Virus record (IMG/VR): IMGVR_UViG_2563366972_000007
DNA length: 4,485 bases
Origin: a virus
Lineage: Duplodnaviria; Heunggongvirae; Uroviricota; Caudoviricetes
Reading direction: 5' to 3' (one strand)
Of this stretch, positions 1 through 4,485 are shown in pieces. The notes beneath the pieces were generated by a model, which was given only the letters and a program-made list of their open reading frames with translations, did no database searches and was not told the origin of the DNA. The first letter of the stretch is position 1. Each line of letters starts with the position of its first letter. A program made the position numbers and the translations under genes.

Positions 1-432
1 GTGGGATCATTAACGGATGTCGCCTCCCGCGTCATGCTGTCGTTTGGTGAGTTTGAATTCAGTATTGATACTGCTGCTTATAACGCCATGAAGCGCACGA
101 TGGAATGGCGATGGGATGAACAACAGCTTATCGGAAAAAACGACCTGCTGCAGTATACCGGCAAGGGGGCCAGAACAATAACCCTTGAAGGTATGGCGCA
201 CGCGGGATTTCGTGACGGTGTGGGAATGGATGCCCTTGATACACTGGTTCAGATGGTGGATGACAATCCGGCCCCGCATCTTCTGGTCTCGAGCACAGGT
301 GATGTGATGGGGTATTTCGTGGCAACCGCTTATTCAGATAACACCACGTCCTTTCTTCCCGGCGGTGCGCCGAAGAACAAAACGTTCACACTGGAGCTGA
401 AATACTATGGCGAAAAACTGGCGGACTACTGA
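1..432 (+). CDS. gpU: P2 gpU-like tail protein; 5' end uncertain because the ORF opens with GTG at the window edge and an in-frame ATG at 34 fits the family N-terminus better
   Basis: Seen: ORF in frame +1 ending with TGA at 430..432. From memory: the translation (MLSFGEFEF..WRWDEQQLIGKNDLLQYTGKGARTITLEGM..GYFVATAYSDNTTSFLPGGAPKNKTFTLEL) aligns along its length with P2 gpU (MLALGMFVF..YRWPSNSRIGKRDAFQFLGVGEENITLAGV..GMYVISRVSETGSIFFADGTPRKIDFTLSL). Not verified by search. Confidence 0.8.
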   Translation: MGSLTDVASRVMLSFGEFEFSIDTAAYNAMKRTMEWRWDEQQLIGKNDLLQYTGKGARTITLEGMAHAGFRDGVGMDALDTLVQMVDDNPAPHLLVSSTGDVMGYFVATAYSDNTTSFLPGGAPKNKTFTLELKYYGEKLADY

Positions 433-625
433 CGGCGATATGCTGGATGACATCTGCCAGAGACACTATGGCAGCGCCGGACTTAACCAGTCACTGGCGG
501 CGGTACTGGAGGCCAATCCCGGACTGGCTGACCTTGGTCCGGTCTATCCGGCAGGTGTGGAAATCGTGTTGCCGGACTGGGTGTATGAACCGGAGGAAAA
601 GGAGGCGTTTCAGTTATGGGACTGA
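407..625 (+). CDS. gpX: P2 gpX-like tail protein X (small LysM-like tail protein)
   Basis: Seen: 72-codon ORF with ATG at 407 overlapping the gpU 3' end by 26 nt; GGAG at 393..396 sits 10 nt upstream. From memory: LDDICQRHYG..AVLEANPGLADLGPVYPAGVEIVLPD matches P2 gpX (LDAICVRYYG..TVLAANPGLAELGAVLPHGTAVELPD). Confidence 0.85.
   Translation: MAKNWRTTDGDMLDDICQRHYGSAGLNQSLAAVLEANPGLADLGPVYPAGVEIVLPDWVYEPEEKEAFQLWD
599..605 (+). promoter_or_regulatory. Shine-Dalgarno sequence (AAGGAGG) for the gpD-like gene
   Basis: Seen: AAGGAGG about 10 nt upstream of ATG 616. Confidence 0.5.
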
Positions 626-1716
626 ATGAGTATCAGCCGGATTTCAGCCTGACAGCAGAGGGTGAGGATATCACGAAGGCCATAAAGCGGGGGCTGGCTG
701 AACTGCGTTATACCGATAATGGTGCGGCCACAAAGCGGGCCGATGAACTGATGATAACGCTGTTCAGTGAGAAGATGGCGTTGCCGCCGAAAGGCGCGGT
801 ATTGACGCTGGGGCTGGGATTTAACGGAAATCTGGTGAATAAAGGCAGTTTTACAGTCTGCCAGGTGGCAAGCGGTGGCCCTCCCCGCCGGATAACCATT
901 TATGCCACCGCAGCCCCCATGAATGCGTCAAAACATGGCGCAGACGTGACCGCACTGAAAACCCGCGCGTTCAGCGATATCACACTGGGCGACCTGGTGA
1001 AAACGATCGCCACTGAAAATAATCTGGTGGCGCGGGTCTCACCGGCGCTGGCAAAAATTCGTATCCCGTGGGTGATGCAGTCATCTGAATCGGATGCGTC
1101 CCTGCTGTCCCGGCTTGCAGGTATGTATGGTGCCACCAGTAAACCGACGAACGGCTACTGGTTATTTCTGGAGTATGGCGCATCACAGAGCGCAGGCGGC
1201 AGGGATGCGCCTGTAATGACCATCACACCGGATATGGTATCAGACTGGGATTACCGGGAGGGGGAGCGGCAGGGAGCATCCGGAGGCGGAAAAGGAACAA
1301 CAAAAAAAGGGAAAGTGGGTGTCCGGTATTTTGATACCCGTGACGGACGCACGCGTGAAGTTAAAGTGGATGTGGAGTCCACAGACAAGCGACATCCATT
1401 CACTCAGCCGGATCAGGATACAGCAAAACACTGCGCAGACTCTAAGGTTAAACGTGTGCAGAAAGCCGGACGCCAGATGACGATAACGTTGCCCTGCAGA
1501 CCAGCACTGCTGAAAGCTGGGGCGGAAATGCGTTTTATCACGCAGGGATTTGGGGTACGGGAAGATCATAACTGGCAGGCTGAGTCGGTGGAGTTTTCAC
1601 TGGCACCGGGGCAGGGATTTACGCTGAATCTGTCGCTGGCCACGGATATTTCCGCGAAAGGACAGGCATCAGGGAAGAAGAAAGCGGATAAAAAGGGCGT
1701 GAATTATTTTGGTTAA
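616..1716 (+). CDS. gpD: P2 gpD-like tail protein (late control gene D family; baseplate hub-type protein of contractile tails)
   Basis: Seen: 366-codon ORF with ATG at 616 overlapping the gpX stop by 10 nt, preceded by AAGGAGG at 599..605. Size and position (immediately after U and X) fit the gpD family. The family call rests on synteny and general resemblance, not an explicit alignment. Confidence 0.75.
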   Translation: MGLNEYQPDFSLTAEGEDITKAIKRGLAELRYTDNGAATKRADELMITLFSEKMALPPKGAVLTLGLGFNGNLVNKGSFTVCQVASGGPPRRITIYATAAPMNASKHGADVTALKTRAFSDITLGDLVKTIATENNLVARVSPALAKIRIPWVMQSSESDASLLSRLAGMYGATSKPTNGYWLFLEYGASQSAGGRDAPVMTITPDMVSDWDYREGERQGASGGGKGTTKKGKVGVRYFDTRDGRTREVKVDVESTDKRHPFTQPDQDTAKHCADSKVKRVQKAGRQMTITLPCRPALLKAGAEMRFITQGFGVREDHNWQAESVEFSLAPGQGFTLNLSLATDISAKGQASGKKKADKKGVNYFG

Positions 1717-1729
1717 TGTTTTCTGGATC

Positions 1730-1733
1730 AGGA
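1730..1733 (+). promoter_or_regulatory. Shine-Dalgarno sequence (AGGA) for the tail fibre gene
   Basis: Seen: AGGA 7 nt upstream of ATG 1741 in the 24-nt gap after the gpD stop. Confidence 0.5.
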
Positions 1734-1740
1734 AATAAAA

Positions 1741-3546
1741 ATGTCTGTATTAATTTCTGGTGTGCTGACTGATGGCGCAGGACTCCCCATGTCCGGATAC
1801 CATATTATTCTGAAAGCCCGGCAGAATACATCTGCAGTGGTCATGAGAACGGTGGCTACAGTGGTGACAGGGCCGACGGGAGAATATGCTTTTGAAGCAC
1901 AGACCGGAAGATATGATGTTTATCTTCGGTCGTGTATTGAAAGAGAATATTGTGTCGGTGATATTTCGGTTTACGACGACTCCAGGTCCGGCACGCTGAA
2001 CGACTTTCTGACTGCCCTTGATGAAGGCGATTTAAAGCCGGATGTAGTGAAACGCTTTGAGGAAATGGTGGCGCAGGCGCAGCAGAGCGCGAAAGCGGCA
2101 GCGGAAAGCGAACGACAGGCCTGGCAACATGTCGCTGATGCGCAACAAATTAAGAGCGACTGCGAGACGCTGGCGGATAACGTACAGCAGAACGCAGAAG
2201 CCGTTGCTGAAGATAAAAAGCACGTGGCACAGCTGTCTTCGCAGGTTGAGGATACCGCCGAAGAGGTCAGGCAGGATGCTGAAGCTGCCAGAAAGGCCGC
2301 ATCCGATGCGGAGCAGGCCAGGGATGAGATTGATACCGCATTATCAGCGACACTCAAAACGGCTAACCACCTGTCAGAAATTGCGGCAGAAGGCGAAGAG
2401 GCGCAACAGGAATCCCGCGATAATCTGGGACTGAAAAGCGCCGCTACAATGGAGCCACAGAGTGATATTTATGACCGGACAGAAGGCCGACTGGCGGTTC
2501 CCGGCATGTTCGGATTCGGGAAAATATTTTCCTATGACGACAGGACAGAGTTTGAAACAGAGGCTGATTTTCTACTGTGGGTAAAAAGGGCAAACCCCGG
2601 ACGCTATGCCGTTTATGCACGTACAAATGTGGTAATACAGGGCGTGCTGCTCAGTGGTACTGTTGACATTATCTGGCCAGAATATCAGCACAATCCCAGT
2701 CCGGTATATATACCTAAAATCATTATTTTCTATGGCATTAACGGCCATGTTTATTACAACCGTTACTGGACTGCCAGTGGTGGTTATCTGGTTGGCTGGG
2801 AGAACCTGAAGGTCAACGAGGCTTCACTCAGGGCACTGATTGAAACCCGCGCGCCACTAAACAGCCCGGCACTGACCGGAACGCCGACAGCGCCAACACC
2901 GCCAGATGATGCAGCAGGCACAGAAATAGCTAATGCGGCGTTTGTCCGCAAACTGCTCGCTGCACTGGTGGATTCATCTCCCGAAGCCCTTGACACGCTG
3001 AACGAACTGGCGGCGGCGCTGGGCAATGACCCGAACTTTGCGACAACCGTCACTAACGCGCTGGCGGGTAAACAACCACTCAGTGATGTGTTAACGGCAC
3101 TCAGCAACCTGACACAACGTGCTGACACGCTTCCGTACTTTAACACAGATGAATACGTCTCCCTTGCGCCCCTGTCAGAAAAGGGACGCTCACTGCTGGC
3201 GCAGGAAACGCCGGAAGCCATGCGAACAGTACTGGAGCTGAAAAGCGCCGCCACAATGGAGCCACAGAGTGATATTTATGACCGGACAGAAGGCCGACTG
3301 GCGATACCGGGGACACTTGGTTTTGGGGAAATTTTTCATATTAATGACAGGATTAGCTTTGACACCAGAGCCGAATTTGATACTTGGATAAGAGGCGCAA
3401 AACCGGGGCGTTATCTGGTTTATGCAAACCCCGGCATAGTGATACCAAAAGTGCTATTCAGTGGAATTCTTGAAATTATCTGGGCTTCAGCTTTAACTAC
3501 TACAACTAACGGCGTAAACAAGATTTATTTTTTTTTACAGTGTTAA
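1741..3546 (+). CDS. stf: Side tail fibre protein, lambda Stf-like N-terminal domain, Ala/Glu/Gln-rich coiled-coil shaft, conserved fibre motif, two receptor-binding-type modules; as encoded it stops prematurely at TAA 3544..3546 inside the second module
   Basis: Seen: 601-codon ORF, AGGA at 1730..1733 sits 7 nt before ATG 1741. From memory: the N-terminus (MSVLISGVLTDGAGLPMSGYHIILKARQNTSAVV..ISVYDDSRSGTLNDFLTAL) aligns with lambda Stf (MAVKISGVLKDGTGKPVQNCTIQLKARRNSTTVV..ITVYEDSQPGTLNDFLCAM). The central block APLNSPALTGTPTAP..EALDTLNELAAALGNDPNFATTVTNALAGKQP matches the conserved Stf/fibre motif APLDSPALTGTPTAP..DALNTLNELAAALGNDPDFATTMTNALAGKQP. Confidence 0.85.
   Translation: MSVLISGVLTDGAGLPMSGYHIILKARQNTSAVVMRTVATVVTGPTGEYAFEAQTGRYDVYLRSCIEREYCVGDISVYDDSRSGTLNDFLTALDEGDLKPDVVKRFEEMVAQAQQSAKAAAESERQAWQHVADAQQIKSDCETLADNVQQNAEAVAEDKKHVAQLSSQVEDTAEEVRQDAEAARKAASDAEQARDEIDTALSATLKTANHLSEIAAEGEEAQQESRDNLGLKSAATMEPQSDIYDRTEGRLAVPGMFGFGKIFSYDDRTEFETEADFLLWVKRANPGRYAVYARTNVVIQGVLLSGTVDIIWPEYQHNPSPVYIPKIIIFYGINGHVYYNRYWTASGGYLVGWENLKVNEASLRALIETRAPLNSPALTGTPTAPTPPDDAAGTEIANAAFVRKLLAALVDSSPEALDTLNELAAALGNDPNFATTVTNALAGKQPLSDVLTALSNLTQRADTLPYFNTDEYVSLAPLSEKGRSLLAQETPEAMRTVLELKSAATMEPQSDIYDRTEGRLAIPGTLGFGEIFHINDRISFDTRAEFDTWIRGAKPGRYLVYANPGIVIPKVLFSGILEIIWASALTTTTNGVNKIYFFLQC
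2431..2496 (+). repeat. Direct repeat copy 1 (66 nt) opening the first receptor-binding-type module; encodes LKSAATMEPQSDIYDRTEGRLA
   Basis: Seen: identical to 3238..3303 at 65 of 66 positions (t at 2445 versus c at 3252); sequence diverges sharply from position 67. Confidence 0.9.
3238..3303 (+). repeat. Direct repeat copy 2 (66 nt) opening the second receptor-binding-type module
   Basis: Seen: 65/66 identity to 2431..2496, same reading frame, 807 nt (269 codons) downstream. Confidence 0.9.
3528..3536 (+). other. T9 homopolymer at the frame-change point of the fibre gene (candidate slippage or phase-variation tract, or indel/sequencing error)
   Basis: Seen: nine consecutive T at 3528..3536. 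It lies inside the 29-nt interval (3518..3546) where frames +1 and +2 are both open. Reading the tract as T8 gives ..NKIYFFYSVNGAVYY.., which matches module 1 (KIIIFYGINGHVYY). Confidence 0.8.
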
Positions 3547-3631
3547 TGGTGCGGTTTATTACGCCCGTGGCACTTCTGGTGCCCCGGCATGGGAACTCTG
3601 GAGACGAACAGATAAGGAATTAATTGATTTT

Positions 3632-3922
3632 TTGTCCGGTACAGTTTATTCCGGCGGGCTGAATGCATCACCGGAGGCTGGCGGTATTGTTCAGGCAGCA
3701 TTTCGTTATCAGGATAAGCCCGGAGGATACACCCTGAGGCGAGGTGATGCTTTAAGTGGTTCACTTCTGAAGCCATATATAATTACAGTCGATGAAAGTG
3801 GCGAACAGACTCTTCATATTAAAGAGGAACATACGTTTCCCGGATATTACTGGAGTCTGACCTCCTATCCGTGGCTGAAAACGAGTGATTATATTCTGGG
3901 AATATTTATAAGGTATCGTTAA
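3632..3922 (+). CDS. Distal (C-terminal) part of the tail fibre, displaced into frame +2; not an independent gene
   Basis: Seen: frame +2 is open from 3518 to TAA 3920..3922 with no in-frame ATG (the ORF-track start at 3632 is TTG). Its translation from 3518 (FIFFYSVNGAVYYARGTSGAPAWELW..) is homologous to the continuation of the first fibre module in frame +1 (IIIFYGINGHVYYNRYWTASGGYLVGWENL..), so it is the natural continuation of the fibre past the T9 tract. Confidence 0.7.
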   Translation: MSGTVYSGGLNASPEAGGIVQAAFRYQDKPGGYTLRRGDALSGSLLKPYIITVDESGEQTLHIKEEHTFPGYYWSLTSYPWLKTSDYILGIFIRYR

Positions 3923-4485
3923 TGAACATTACAGATATAAAAAATCCTGTCAGCCTTGAACACGGGGCGATAAATTGCGAAATATTATTTGACGATATGG
4001 AGGAATATGTTCCCTATACCGCGACACCGACAGACAGCGATAAAACGGGGAAGCAGGTATGGCAGGAGCTACAAAGCGGTAAATGGGGTGAAATCGCCCC
4101 GTTCATCGTCACGCCGGAACTTATTTCGGCAGCGAAGAATGCCAAAAAGCGGGAAATTGAGGTGTGGCGTACAGAGCAGGAAGCGCAGCCGTTCACGTTC
4201 GAATGGAACGGTCATACCTGGAATGGTGGTCCTGACTCGATGGCGCGGCTTTATCCGGCAGTAATAGCATCAAAGTCTGACACAGCGCGAAAATCCATGA
4301 TATGGGGTAATGCGGAAAACCAGCAGGTGAAACTGTCTATGCAGAAACTGGATGAACTGCTTACTGCAATGGTTCAGGCACAGGTCGATCGCAATGATGA
4401 GATTTATCAGCGTCAGCGCGAGATGAAAGAAGCGTTAAATTCACTGGAGGATTTGAAGTCGATTAGGGATTTCAGGCTGGAGTAA
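3922..4485 (+). CDS. Putative tail fibre assembly/chaperone protein; family not recognised
   Basis: Seen: 187-codon ORF whose ATG (3922..3924) overlaps the fibre-frame stop TAA (3920..3922) in a TAATG junction, with AAGG at 3910..3913. The position directly after a fibre gene is where Tfa-type chaperones sit. I do not see the canonical Tfa C-terminal motif, so the function is inferred from context only. Confidence 0.45.
   Translation: MNITDIKNPVSLEHGAINCEILFDDMEEYVPYTATPTDSDKTGKQVWQELQSGKWGEIAPFIVTPELISAAKNAKKREIEVWRTEQEAQPFTFEWNGHTWNGGPDSMARLYPAVIASKSDTARKSMIWGNAENQQVKLSMQKLDELLTAMVQAQVDRNDEIYQRQREMKEALNSLEDLKSIRDFRLE

Noticed and set aside
10-1569. Minus-strand ORFs (10..279, 128..325, 708..899, 900..1136, 980..1186, 1240..1569) and the + strand ORF 447..629
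   Set aside because: All are embedded in the well-supported gpU, gpX and gpD coding regions, have no ribosome-binding site context and no recognisable product; treated as antisense or off-frame noise.
1971-2357. Minus-strand ORFs 1971..2357 and 2032..2223, and the Arg/Lys-rich + strand ORF 2057..2434 in another frame
   Set aside because: They lie wholly inside the fibre's Ala/Glu/Gln-rich coiled-coil region. Biased GCN/GAR/CAG codons there keep alternative frames open, so these are frame artefacts.
2660-2700. Possible sigma-70 promoter (TTGACA at about 2662 with a weak downstream -10-like hexamer) inside the fibre gene
   Set aside because: The -10 match is poor, the spacing is not convincing, and late tail operons are normally driven from an upstream late promoter. 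Most likely a chance match.
2431-3303. Diversity-generating retroelement (template repeat / variable repeat pair) as the explanation for the fibre repeats
   Set aside because: The two copies are identical for 66 nt and then differ at all base types, not specifically at adenines. There is no reverse transcriptase gene in the window, and both copies are coding and in the same gene.
3547-3631. Intergenic spacer with a terminator between the fibre stop (3546) and the next ORF
   Set aside because: Frame +2 is open right through this stretch and encodes fibre-homologous sequence. The only inverted repeat (ggcac..gtgcc around 3570..3584) is short and has no following T-run, so this is coding sequence, not a terminator.
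2431-3922. Invertible fibre segment of the Mu G / P1 C / e14 type (Gin/Cin/Pin)
   Set aside because: The repeats are direct, not inverted. I found no AAACC-NN-GGTTT crossover core, no oppositely oriented alternative fibre end and no invertase gene. The imperfect palindrome GGTTTATGCAAACC near 3415..3428 has the half-sites in the wrong order for such a site.
2444-4264. Other small ORFs inside the fibre and chaperone (2444..2626 -, 2784..3254 -, 3543..3776 -, 3989..4264 +, 4014..4196 -)
   Set aside because: They overlap stronger + strand coding regions. The 3989..4264 ORF is an Arg-rich shifted frame of the chaperone gene.

Overview
All supported genes lie on the + strand and form the distal end of a contractile-tail (P2-type) phage, prophage or tailocin late operon. 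The order is gpU-like tail protein (1..432), gpX-like tail protein X (407..625), gpD-like tail protein (616..1716), a large side-tail-fibre gene with a lambda-Stf-like N-terminus (1741..3546), a frame +2 ORF (3632..3922) that is really the displaced distal end of that fibre, and a coupled downstream ORF (3922..4485) that is probably a fibre chaperone. Family assignments are from recalled protein similarity, not from a search. The fibre locus is the most notable part. A receptor-binding-type module occurs twice in direct orientation inside the one gene, each copy opening with the same 66-nt block (65/66 identical). The gene is also interrupted by a one-nucleotide frame change inside a T9 homopolymer; removing one T restores a single fibre ORF of about 726 codons. 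I found no rRNA, tRNA, CRISPR array, transposase, invertase or reverse transcriptase in the window. Minus-strand ORFs are antisense artefacts.
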